64,000 nt of DNA from Candidatus Latescibacterota bacterium (GTDB lineage Bacteria > Latescibacterota > UBA2968 > UBA8231). The notes beneath the pieces are model-generated. The model was not told the DNA's origin, did no database searches, and was given only the letters and a program-made list of their open reading frames with translations. Position numbers and translations under genes: made by a program. Position 1 is the first letter of the stretch. Each line of letters starts with the position of its first letter. The DNA lies in NCBI GenBank assembly GCA_965261395.1, contig OZ253462.1:2976001-3040000 (forward strand). The letters are read 5' to 3'. This document shows positions 10,071-18,447 of this stretch, one piece after another.

Positions 10071-11081
10071 CTAGCTCCTTTCTTCTTCGGCCCTTTTTTG
10101 TAGGGCGCGCATGTAAGCCAATGTATAAGCCGTGCCCAGCCGCCCGTCGTCGCCCATCTGCGGGATGTGATCTGGGATCAAGGTGCCGTCGTACCCGACT
10201 TCGGCCAGCGTGCGCATGGCCTGATACATGTCGAAGTATCCGTCATCGACAAAGGTCTCGACAAAGTGCGGCAGCGGCTTATCTACGTTGCGGTAGTGGA
10301 CCTTGAATATTTTGCCCTGCCCGCCGAAGTAGCGGATCGTCTCCACTACGTCGCGGCCCATGGCCTCGCCGCCCTCCAGCCAGCAGCCGATGCACAAGCA
10401 CATTCCCACGTTGGGGCTGTCGGCGATTTCGAGGGCGCGTTTGTACCCCTCAAAACTGCTGAAAATGGGGCGCGGCACTCCGCCCAACGGCACTCCGGGC
10501 GGGTCGTCCGGGTGAATGCCAATGCGGACGCCGGCTTCCTCGGCGACCGGTGCGATTTCCCTGGCAAAGGAGGCGAAGTTGTCCCACAGCTCTTCCTCAG
10601 TGTATTCGCGGCCGTGCGTCAGTCCCTCGCCGGTAAAGCCGCCGCCGGCCGCCTCGGCGAGCCGCGCCATGTCAAAGGCCCGCGCCCTAGAGCCGCCCCG
10701 GCTCTGCTCCGGCGGCGTGCTCCACACGCTGTTGGCCATGTGGGCATAGGTCGTATAGGGAATGTCGGCTTGGCCCAAGTTGCGGATGTGCGCCTTGTAC
10801 TCGGCGACTTTCTCGTCGCGGTTGGGCAGGTTGAGGGTGATGGCATCGACGTTGTGGACGCTGCCATTGCCCAAGCCGTAGAGCTGGATGCCGCCGCGGG
10901 CAAAGTGCTCTCGGCGACTGCGATAGTACTCGGGGCTGGCCTTGGCTGCACCGACCCAAGCCACTGCGTATTCGACGCCCATCTGCCGCACAAAGGCCAT
11001 TTCCTCCTCGCTCGGCTCTGGGGACATCTGGGCCGCGACCTTGAGGCCGGGCGCTATTTCAATGTGGCTTTTGACGGCCAT
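10071..11081 (-). CDS. uxuA: mannonate dehydratase family protein
   Basis: IHPDDPP, KIFKVHYRNV, ETF.DDG, IPDH motifs. Confidence 0.8.
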   Translation of the reverse strand: MAVKSHIEIAPGLKVAAQMSPEPSEEEMAFVRQMGVEYAVAWVGAAKASPEYYRSRREHFARGGIQLYGLGNGSVHNVDAITLNLPNRDEKVAEYKAHIRNLGQADIPYTTYAHMANSVWSTPPEQSRGGSRARAFDMARLAEAAGGGFTGEGLTHGREYTEEELWDNFASFAREIAPVAEEAGVRIGIHPDDPPGVPLGGVPRPIFSSFEGYKRALEIADSPNVGMCLCIGCWLEGGEAMGRDVVETIRYFGGQGKIFKVHYRNVDKPLPHFVETFVDDGYFDMYQAMRTLAEVGYDGTLIPDHIPQMGDDGRLGTAYTLAYMRALQKRAEEERS

Positions 11082-11238
11082 GGCGATCTTCCTTTCGCTG
11101 CAAAGGGCAGGGGTGGGATTGCGCCGCAAATCTAAGGCTCGAGCCGTGCGCTATCAACAGAGAAACGCAGGCGATAAATCAAATATGTCGCTATACTTTG
11201 AGAGCGGAAGTGATACGTGTAAAATGCAGAATAAACTC

Positions 11239-12027
11239 ATGCGGAGTCCGACCCCAATCGTCACGTTGACGACGGATTTCGGCTGTGGCGACTACTATGT
11301 CGGCGCGATGAAGGGAGCCATCCTACGCATCGCACCGGAGGCCCAGCTCGTGGATATCTCCCACCAGATTCCGCCCCAAGACGTGCTCGCCGCCGCTTTT
11401 GTTCTGCGCCACGCCGCGCGCGAATTCCCGCCCGGCACCGTGCACCTGGCCGTTGTCGATCCCGGCGTAGGTACCCGCCGCCGCCCCCTCGCCCTGCAAA
11501 GTAGCGGCCACTTGTGGGTGGGGCCGGACAACGGCCTCTTCAGCTTCGTCCTCGACCGCGCCGACAGCCGGGCGTACGAGATCGCCCGGCGCGACCTCGG
11601 TCGGCCCAACCCGAGCAGTACCTTCCACGGCCGCGATCTGTTCGCTCCGCTGGCCGCTCACCTCTGTCGCGGCTTGGACCTCGCGGCGGTCGGCCCACCG
11701 GTTGCCGATCCGGTGCGCTTGGCCGAATCCGCACCTTGTAAATCTGCTGGCCGCATCGACGGCCACATCGTCCATATCGACGGCTTTGGCAACTTGGTAA
11801 GCAATATTGCGGCCGCCGATATTGCGCCGTGGGGCTCCGCGCTGCGCATCCGCCTCGGTGCGAACGTACTGACGGAACTTTGCCGCACGTACGAGGATGT
11901 CGAGCCGGGTACGCCGCTTGCTTTGATCGGCAGCGCCGGTCTGTTGGAGGTTGCGATCAACGGTGGCAATGCCGCCCGCCAACTGGGCGTGCAACGCCGC
12001 GCAACCCTTGTCGTCGAAAAGCTTTGA
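11239..12027 (+). CDS. SAM hydroxide adenosyltransferase (DUF62, chlorinase/fluorinase family)
   Basis: TLTTDFG, VVDPGVG, GPDNG, STFHGRD, DGFGN. Confidence 0.9.
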   Translation: MRSPTPIVTLTTDFGCGDYYVGAMKGAILRIAPEAQLVDISHQIPPQDVLAAAFVLRHAAREFPPGTVHLAVVDPGVGTRRRPLALQSSGHLWVGPDNGLFSFVLDRADSRAYEIARRDLGRPNPSSTFHGRDLFAPLAAHLCRGLDLAAVGPPVADPVRLAESAPCKSAGRIDGHIVHIDGFGNLVSNIAAADIAPWGSALRIRLGANVLTELCRTYEDVEPGTPLALIGSAGLLEVAINGGNAARQLGVQRRATLVVEKL

Positions 12028-12042
12028 GAAAGAAATAAAGTT

Positions 12043-13401
12043 ATGTCTAGTGCTCCGCTCATTGTCAGTATTTCTGGGATTCGCGGTCTCGTCGGCCAGT
12101 CGCTCACCGACGAGGTGGTCGCTCGCTTTGCCGCGGCCTTTGGCACCACCTTGACGCCGGGTGCTACCGTCGTCCTCGCCCGCGACACGCGCCCGTCTGG
12201 AGCGGCTTTTGCCCAAGCTGCGGCTGCCGCCCTGTGCCAGACGGGCTGCCGCGTCGTCGATGTGGGTATGTGCTCCACGCCCGGGGCCAAGCTGATGGTC
12301 GCCGCGCTCAATGCCCAGGGCGCGATCATCATCACCGCCAGTCACAACCCGGCTCCTTGGAACGGTCTCAAGCTGGTGCGCGGCGACGGCGTCTTCCTCA
12401 ATGCGGAAGAGGGTGCGCGCGTCGAGGCCCTCTTCCACGCGGGCCAGTTTCGCTGCGCTGCGTCCGGCGTGTTAGAAACGCGCGATTCAGACGCCGTGGT
12501 GGCGCACCACGTCCAGCAGATTGTGGACTATGTCGATGCCGATGCCATTCGCCGGGCCGGGTTCAAGGTGGCCGTCGATCCCTGCAATGGCACGGGGGCC
12601 TTGGTGGTTCCGAGCCTGCTGGACGCCTTGGGCGTCGAAGCCACCTTCATCAACGCGCGGCCCGACGGCGATTTTGCCCACAACCCAGAGCCTGTGCCCG
12701 CCAACCTCGGCCAGCTCGGCCAGGCCGTGCGCGACAACGGTTGCGCCATCGGCTTTGCCATTGACCCGGACGCCGACCGCGTCGCGTTGGTCGATTCGAG
12801 CGGCGCGCCGGTGGGTGAAGACTACACGCTCGCGCTTGCAGTTCAAGCGGCGGCGGCGCGTCAGCCCGGCCCGGTCGTCACCACCCTCTCCACCTCGCAG
12901 GCCGTTACCGACGCGGCCACGGCCCACAACTGTCCGGTTTTTCTTACGGCGGTCGGCGAGGTCCATGTGGTGGAGAAGATGATGGCCGAACGCGCTGCCA
13001 TCGGCGGCGAGGGCAACGGCGGCGTCATCGTCGCCCAAGTCGGCCCCAGCCGCGACGCGGCCGTCGGCTTGGCCCTAGTGCTGGAGGCTATGGCATGTAC
13101 CGGTCGATCTCTTGAGGAACTGATCGCCGCCCTACCCAGCTACGCCATCGACAAGCGCAAAATTACTTGTACCCCAGAGCAGCTAGCCACCGCCCTCGCC
13201 GCGCTGCGCGAACGCTATCCCCAAGCGTATGTCCACCCGGTGCGCGATGGTTCCAAGCTCTATCTGAGCGGGCAGCTCGAATGCCCTTGGATCCACCTCC
13301 GCGCCTCCAATACCGAACCCATTGTCCGCGTCATCGCCGAGAGCGCGAGCGCCGCAGAAGCCGCTCTGCTCTGCGACGAGGTGGAAGGGTTGTTTGGGTA
13401 G
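12043..13401 (+). CDS. phosphohexomutase (phosphoglucosamine/phosphomannomutase family)
   Basis: TASHNP, DPDADR, GGEGNGG, RASNTEP. Confidence 0.92.
   Translation: MSSAPLIVSISGIRGLVGQSLTDEVVARFAAAFGTTLTPGATVVLARDTRPSGAAFAQAAAAALCQTGCRVVDVGMCSTPGAKLMVAALNAQGAIIITASHNPAPWNGLKLVRGDGVFLNAEEGARVEALFHAGQFRCAASGVLETRDSDAVVAHHVQQIVDYVDADAIRRAGFKVAVDPCNGTGALVVPSLLDALGVEATFINARPDGDFAHNPEPVPANLGQLGQAVRDNGCAIGFAIDPDADRVALVDSSGAPVGEDYTLALAVQAAAARQPGPVVTTLSTSQAVTDAATAHNCPVFLTAVGEVHVVEKMMAERAAIGGEGNGGVIVAQVGPSRDAAVGLALVLEAMACTGRSLEELIAALPSYAIDKRKITCTPEQLATALAALRERYPQAYVHPVRDGSKLYLSGQLECPWIHLRASNTEPIVRVIAESASAAEAALLCDEVEGLFG
13373..13396. repeat. 24-bp inverted repeat, left copy (inside the phosphohexomutase 3' end)
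   Basis: gcgacgaggtggaagggttgtttg is the exact reverse complement of 15600-15623. Confidence 0.95.
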
Positions 13402-13423
13402 GGGAAGGGACGATATACACCCA

Positions 13424-14329
13424 TTGATAATACGACGTCCTACATTATATCAGCTCGTCCAAGAGGATTGCTTCGCGTGGATGGAGCATCGTCCTCCCAA
13501 TAGTGTCCACGCCATCGTCACCGACCCGCCTTACGGCCTGAAAGAGTACACTACCCAAGAAAAGGACAAACTCCGGCGCGGACGGGGTGGTGTCTGGCGC
13601 ATCCCCCCAGCTTTGGACGGCTGCGTCCGCCAGCCCCTGCCTCGCTTTACTGTCCTCAGCAACGGCGATAAGCAGCAGCTTTCCACGTTCTTTGGGCAAT
13701 GGGGCGAGCGGGCACTGCGAGTGCTCGTGCCGGGGGGGCACGTTTTCATTGCCGCCAATCCCCTACTGTCGCACTTGGTCTATGCGGCCCTTGTCGAAAG
13801 CGGCTTTGAGAAACGCGGCGAGATCATCCGCCTAGTGCAGACGCTGCGGGGCGGCGACCGCCCCAAGAATGCACACGACGAATTTGCGGACGTCACTGTT
13901 ATGCCCCGCTCTGGCTGGGAGCCTTGGGGCCTGTTTCGCAAGCCGTGCGAGGGCCGCGTGCAGGACAATCTGCGCGTGTGGAAGACGGGCGGACTGAAGC
14001 GGATCAGCGCCGAGCGTCCTTTCGGCGATGTCATTCGCAGTGCGCCTACCCGGCCGGCGGAACGCGACATCGCGCCGCATCCCTCCCTCAAGCCACAGAG
14101 CTTTATGCGCCAAGTCGTGCGCGCGGCCTTGCCGCTGGGCGAGGGGATCGTGCTCGACCCGTTCATGGGCGGGGGTTCGACCATCGCTGCCGCGTGTGCA
14201 GTGGGTTATGAGAGTATTGGCGTTGAGAGCGATCCCGCGTTTTTCGATATCGCAAAAGCCGCAATTCCGCAATTGGCCACGCTGGAGGTCAACGGAGAAG
14301 GCAAGCCGGCACCGACAGCCGGGACATAG
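13424..14329 (+). CDS. site-specific DNA methyltransferase (N4-C/N6-A, beta-type motif order), orphan
   Basis: IVTDPPY precedes HPSLKP and VLDPFMGGGST; start uncertain (in-frame TTG at 13424). Confidence 0.88.
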   Translation: MIIRRPTLYQLVQEDCFAWMEHRPPNSVHAIVTDPPYGLKEYTTQEKDKLRRGRGGVWRIPPALDGCVRQPLPRFTVLSNGDKQQLSTFFGQWGERALRVLVPGGHVFIAANPLLSHLVYAALVESGFEKRGEIIRLVQTLRGGDRPKNAHDEFADVTVMPRSGWEPWGLFRKPCEGRVQDNLRVWKTGGLKRISAERPFGDVIRSAPTRPAERDIAPHPSLKPQSFMRQVVRAALPLGEGIVLDPFMGGGSTIAAACAVGYESIGVESDPAFFDIAKAAIPQLATLEVNGEGKPAPTAGT

Positions 14330-14370
14330 GAGGAACCCCTCGGGCTCGAAGACACCCCGCTTGGCTTTCC

Positions 14371-14398
14371 TTGACGAAATATCCGTTGGCATTAGTCT
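14371..14398 (+). promoter_or_regulatory. putative sigma70 promoter for the collagen-like gene
   Basis: TTGACG-N16-TAGTCT. Confidence 0.4.
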
Positions 14399-14580
14399 TT
14401 TTAGGCAACAAGTACCTATCCGGGAACCTGACCGTCGGTCCGAAAGCCAGCTAGAAGGCAGGGCAAGGCCAGCCTCTCCTTCTCAGCCGCTCGGATTCCT
14501 GGGAAGTTTTCAGAGAGTTTTTATACCTATGTGACAGAAGACACTCCTGCCGGGGTGCCCACTCAGAAAAAGGAGAGACA

Positions 14581-15492
14581 ATGTACAGAATCATCTTCGT
14601 TTCGCTTGCAGCGTTGTTGGCTTGCACCGATCCAGAAGGCCCACAAGGCCCTGTAGGTCCCGTAGGCCCCCAAGGCGAACAAGGCCCGCAGGGCGAACAA
14701 GGCGAACAGGGCGAACAGGGCGAACAAGGGCCACGAGGCCCGCAAGGTGAACAGGGTGAACAAGGCGAACAAGGCGAACAAGGCGAACAAGGGCCACGAG
14801 GCCCGCAAGGTGAACAGGGTGAACAAGGCGAACAAGGCGAACAAGGGCCACAAGGGTCACGAGGTCCGCAAGGTGAACAGGGCGAACAAGGCCCGCAAGG
14901 TCCCGCAGGCCCGCAAGAAGCTATAGGAACAGATGTCTTTAGTCTCTTTACGTTCTTTAGGGAGGACTTCAGCAATACAGATCCACTGGGGGATTGGACC
15001 AAACGAGGTACTGGAACTTGGCGAGTACAAGGCGGGAGACTAATTGGACTGGGTAGTGATAACCGTTATTTAACGAGTCTGACCGCAGACCCCGACTTTA
15101 AAGGACCACTCTACGTCACAGTCACGACCCAATGGCTTAGTGGTGTTAAGTACTCTATGTACGGTATCCGGTTTTATTCTGAGAGTAGGGATTTCTACGG
15201 ATTTAGTATAAGTGCCAATGGGAGTTTTGTATTAAGTCGATGGGATGACGGAGGCGACCCCATATCACTGGTTGATTGGACTTATAGCTCATCCATCAAT
15301 CAAGAGGGAACCAATGAGCTAAGTGTTTTTATTGAAGAAAGCTGGATAGAAGCATACATCAACGGAATTCTCGTCGCTGGGGTCTTTAACAACGCCTACA
15401 CCAAAGGAAGCGTAGGTGTCCTAATAGGAGGAGACCAAACAGTGGCCTTCGACGATCTGACCGTAGGGGCGACCATTCCTTTGTCAGACTAG
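14581..15492 (+). CDS. collagen-like lipoprotein with C-terminal lectin/LamG-like (DUF1080-like) beta-sandwich
   Basis: RBS aggaga, lipobox LLAC, 31 Gly-X-Y triplets, aromatic beta-rich domain ending G.VG....FDDL.V; lower GC than flanks. Confidence 0.85.
   Translation: MYRIIFVSLAALLACTDPEGPQGPVGPVGPQGEQGPQGEQGEQGEQGEQGPRGPQGEQGEQGEQGEQGEQGPRGPQGEQGEQGEQGEQGPQGSRGPQGEQGEQGPQGPAGPQEAIGTDVFSLFTFFREDFSNTDPLGDWTKRGTGTWRVQGGRLIGLGSDNRYLTSLTADPDFKGPLYVTVTTQWLSGVKYSMYGIRFYSESRDFYGFSISANGSFVLSRWDDGGDPISLVDWTYSSSINQEGTNELSVFIEESWIEAYINGILVAGVFNNAYTKGSVGVLIGGDQTVAFDDLTVGATIPLSD
14638..14916 (+). repeat. 9-bp-unit tandem repeat encoding collagen triplets (GEQ/GPQ/GPR)
   Basis: ggcgaacaa/ggtgaacag/ggcccgcaa units. 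Confidence 0.95.
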
Positions 15493-15564
15493 GTCGAATC
15501 TGTAGCCCGTTAGGCCACACCAGCCGACTTAGCGAATGGCCTCTTGTATTTTGCTTGAAATAGG

Positions 15565-15592
15565 GTAGGGGCGACCGGCCGGTCGCCCCTAC
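15565..15592. repeat. GTAG-type REP palindrome
   Basis: perfect 28-bp palindrome gtaggggcgaccggccggtcgcccctac; related copy at 30579. Confidence 0.9.
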
Positions 15593-15599
15593 ATTTATG

Positions 15600-15623
15600 C
15601 AAACAACCCTTCCACCTCGTCGC
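15600..15623. repeat. 24-bp inverted repeat, right copy
   Basis: caaacaacccttccacctcgtcgc is the reverse complement of 13373-13396. Confidence 0.95.
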
Positions 15624-15645
15624 CGACGTCGGGCCTAGAGAAGGG

Positions 15646-16152
15646 TCAACTAGCGGCGACGATATCCCCGTAGGAGCCTGTGACTAGCTGGTCGCTGGTG
15701 ATTTCCAATGCCCGCATCAGGGCCTCGACGCGTCGGTGCGACTCTTCAATGCCCTTTTCTTCGGTCACGGCCTCTAGCTCGACGAACTGGCCGAGGCCCT
15801 TTACGTCGTCGAGATGGATGCGCACGTTTTCCCACAGCCAGACCTGGCGCGTCTTCTCCACCTCGACCCAGATGCCGTGGATGACGCTGAGGATGTTGCG
15901 CAGGCCCTCGGGGTCTTCGGTCTTGGCAATCTCGTAGTCGCTGCGCTTGGGGCCGGCTAGGTCCTCGCGCTGGTAGAAAATCAGATGACCTTCGTCGGTT
16001 CCAAGCTCGCGCAGCTTGAGCCGTCCTTGGGCGACGTTGAAATAGGTATCCTTCTGGTGGAAGGTCCCCGCCAGCCCCGCGCCGAGGGCGTTGAGGTTTT
16101 CTTCGGCGCGCTCGCCGTCGTGACAGTGTGCCTTGATCTCGATATTGGTCAT
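15646..16152 (-). CDS. cyaB: CYTH domain protein / class IV adenylate cyclase
   Basis: N-terminal EIK, QKDTYF, GRLKLRE, HLD.V.GLG.FVELE. Confidence 0.85.
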   Translation of the reverse strand: MTNIEIKAHCHDGERAEENLNALGAGLAGTFHQKDTYFNVAQGRLKLRELGTDEGHLIFYQREDLAGPKRSDYEIAKTEDPEGLRNILSVIHGIWVEVEKTRQVWLWENVRIHLDDVKGLGQFVELEAVTEEKGIEESHRRVEALMRALEITSDQLVTGSYGDIVAAS

Positions 16153-16249
16153 GTTGGACGCGTTTCGTTAAATGCGGATTGAAAATTTACGCCCGTCCCT
16201 CGATTCGTCAAGCTTGCGCTTCACTTTCCGATACATCAAAGTATAGGCC

Positions 16250-17224
16250 ATGAAAGCTATAACCGTAGCCACCGACGCTGGCCACTCGCTCTGCTGGCAA
16301 GAAGTCCCAGACCCCACCTGCGGTCCGGGCGAGGTCCTCGTCGATGTCCATGCCACAGCCGTCAATCGCGCCGATCTCCTCCAACGCGCTGGCAACTACC
16401 CGCCGCCCCCGGGCGCGTCCCCCTATATGGGCTTGGAAATGGCCGGCATGGTCGCCGCCACTGGCGCGGCCGTAACGCAGTGGCAGCCCGGCGACCGCGT
16501 CCTCGGCCTGCTCTCCGGCGGCGGGTACGCCGAGCGCGTGGCCGTTCCCGCCACCCATTTGCTGCCCCTGCCCGGCGACCGCGACTTCACGTGGGGCGCT
16601 GCCATCTGCGAGGTTTTTCTTACGGCTTTTGTCAACTTGTTCCGCGAAGCTGGCTTGCGCGCCGGCGAGACCGCCCTTATCCACGGCGGGGGTAGCGGCG
16701 TCGGCACGGCCGCTGTGCAGCTATGCCGCCAAGCTGCCGCCAAGGCGATCGTCACGGCTGGTAGAGATGACAAGGTGGCGTGCTGCCTAGCGCTGGGCGC
16801 GGAGTTTGGGGTCAACTACAAGGAGCAAGACTTTGCCGAGGCCATTCTCGCCCACACCGACGGAGTCGATGTGATCCTCGACATCGCGGGGGCCGACTAT
16901 TTGGCGCGCAATATGCGGCTGCTCAAGTCCGGTGGCCGCCTCGTGATCATCGCCGTCCTTACCGGTGCTGAGGCTCAGATCAACCTCTTGGAACTACAGA
17001 GAAAGCGGCTGCGCCTGATCGGCTCGGTTTTGCGCAGCCGCTCGGACGCGGAGAAAACCGCGATCGTCGCGGCCTTCCAAGAGCGCTTCTGGCCGCTGCT
17101 AGTCGACGGGCGCATGCGAGCCGTGATCGAGGACGTGCTGCCCATTGAGCGCGCGGCCGAAGCCCAGGACATCCTGCGGCAAAACCGCAATATCGGCAAG
17201 GTCGTCCTGCAAGTTAGGAACTGA
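16250..17224 (+). CDS. NAD(P)H-quinone oxidoreductase (PIG3 family)
   Basis: VNRADLLQRAG.YPPPPG, IHGGGSGVG, GKVVL. Confidence 0.92.
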   Translation: MKAITVATDAGHSLCWQEVPDPTCGPGEVLVDVHATAVNRADLLQRAGNYPPPPGASPYMGLEMAGMVAATGAAVTQWQPGDRVLGLLSGGGYAERVAVPATHLLPLPGDRDFTWGAAICEVFLTAFVNLFREAGLRAGETALIHGGGSGVGTAAVQLCRQAAAKAIVTAGRDDKVACCLALGAEFGVNYKEQDFAEAILAHTDGVDVILDIAGADYLARNMRLLKSGGRLVIIAVLTGAEAQINLLELQRKRLRLIGSVLRSRSDAEKTAIVAAFQERFWPLLVDGRMRAVIEDVLPIERAAEAQDILRQNRNIGKVVLQVRN

Positions 17225-17365
17225 CATTACGCACGGCACCTAGGTATGAGATGCTTCGACTCCGCTCCGCTCCGCTCAGCATGACAGAGGCTGACGCGCT
17301 TCTTCCTTGTCATGCTGAGCGTAAGCGATGCATCCCATACCTAAGAAGTCGGTGCGTAACATCAC
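17221..17365. mobile_element. MITE-like hairpin element with 7-bp target duplication
   Basis: Imperfect terminal IRs (tgacattacgcac...taggtatgagatgc / gcatcccatacctaag...gtgcgtaacatca), inner IR cgctcagcatgaca/tgtcatgctgagcg, flanking direct repeat ttaggaa at 17214-17220 and 17366-17372. Confidence 0.8.
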
Positions 17366-17385
17366 TTAGGAATTAGGAGTTTTCT

Positions 17386-18435
17386 ATGAGTACTCGTTAT
17401 CGCCACATTGAAGTCAGCGGCCCACCGCGCGAGTTGGGTCGCCAGATCGGGGAGGCCGCCCGCGACGAAATTCGCGGCTTTGCCGCCATCGCCTTAGAGC
17501 GCGTCAACAAGACGGTGCGCATCTCGCGCGCCCGCGCCATGGACATAAGCCGCCGGAGCATGGATTGCACGGCTGCGTACGCGCCCGACATGCTGGATGA
17601 GTTGCGCGGCATGAGCGAGGGCGCTGGCGTCGCGCTCGACGAACTGATGCTTTTGCAGGTGCGCAATCAGCTTTGCCCGGAGGAGGACGCGGCCTGCACG
17701 GGTTTTGCCATCGCTCCCCAGCGCAGCGCCGAGGGTTGGGCGATTGCAGCGCAGAACTGGGACAACGACCCCGCGTTGGACCCCTTCACCATCGTGCTGA
17801 CGCGCCGCCCGGCCGGCAAGCCCGCGCTGATGAACGTCACCCAAGCGGGCCTGATCGCCTACATCGGCTGCAACGACGCTGGCATGGGCGTCTGCATGAA
17901 CACCCTGCCGGCCCCCAGCCGCCCGGTCGGCGTCCCACACTACTTTGCCGTGCGCGCCATCTACGAACAGACCTCGCTCAGCGACGCGGTTGCCGCGGTG
18001 CGCCGGGCCGATCGCGCCATTCCCGGCAACGTCCTCCTCGCCACCCCGCAGGGGCCGGCCGATCTCGAACTCACCTTGGGCCAGGTCCACGTCTTGCGCG
18101 ACGACGAGTTCGTCGTCCACACCAACCACTGCCTGCACCCGGAGCTGGTGCCGATCAATCGCGACTTTCCCGAGCTGATTGAGTCCGGCCCGCGCCAGCG
18201 CCGCATCGAACAGTTGCTTGGCCCCGAGCAGCTCGTGAGCATGGCGCAGGTGCAAGAGGCCCTGCGCGACCACGACCGGCACCCGCACTCCATTTGCCGC
18301 CACGTCAACGACCACCCGCAGACCGGCTTTTGGGCAAGCGTGTTTTCGGTGGTGATCGAGGCCGATCAAGGCCGCATGCACATCAGCCGCGGCAATCCCT
18401 GCGCGGCTCCGTACGAAACGTATTCGCTCAACTGA
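17386..18435 (+). CDS. C45 family peptidase (acyl-CoA:6-APA acyltransferase-like Ntn hydrolase)
   Basis: ACT autoprocessing site, AQNWD, HTNH, GNPC. Confidence 0.88.
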   Translation: MSTRYRHIEVSGPPRELGRQIGEAARDEIRGFAAIALERVNKTVRISRARAMDISRRSMDCTAAYAPDMLDELRGMSEGAGVALDELMLLQVRNQLCPEEDAACTGFAIAPQRSAEGWAIAAQNWDNDPALDPFTIVLTRRPAGKPALMNVTQAGLIAYIGCNDAGMGVCMNTLPAPSRPVGVPHYFAVRAIYEQTSLSDAVAAVRRADRAIPGNVLLATPQGPADLELTLGQVHVLRDDEFVVHTNHCLHPELVPINRDFPELIESGPRQRRIEQLLGPEQLVSMAQVQEALRDHDRHPHSICRHVNDHPQTGFWASVFSVVIEADQGRMHISRGNPCAAPYETYSLN

Positions 18436-18447
18436 CAGGAGGGAGCT

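Noticed and set aside
11239-12027. Possible chlorinase/fluorinase
   Set aside because: Keeps the Asp/Arg/His-type motifs (VVDPG, STFHGRD) of DUF62 SAM hydrolases and has no biosynthetic context.
14451-15002. Cys/Pro-rich and Leu/Phe-rich repetitive minus-strand ORFs
   Set aside because: Antisense readings of the collagen repeat.
13424-15492. Restriction-modification system
   Set aside because: No endonuclease-like ORF next to the methyltransferase.
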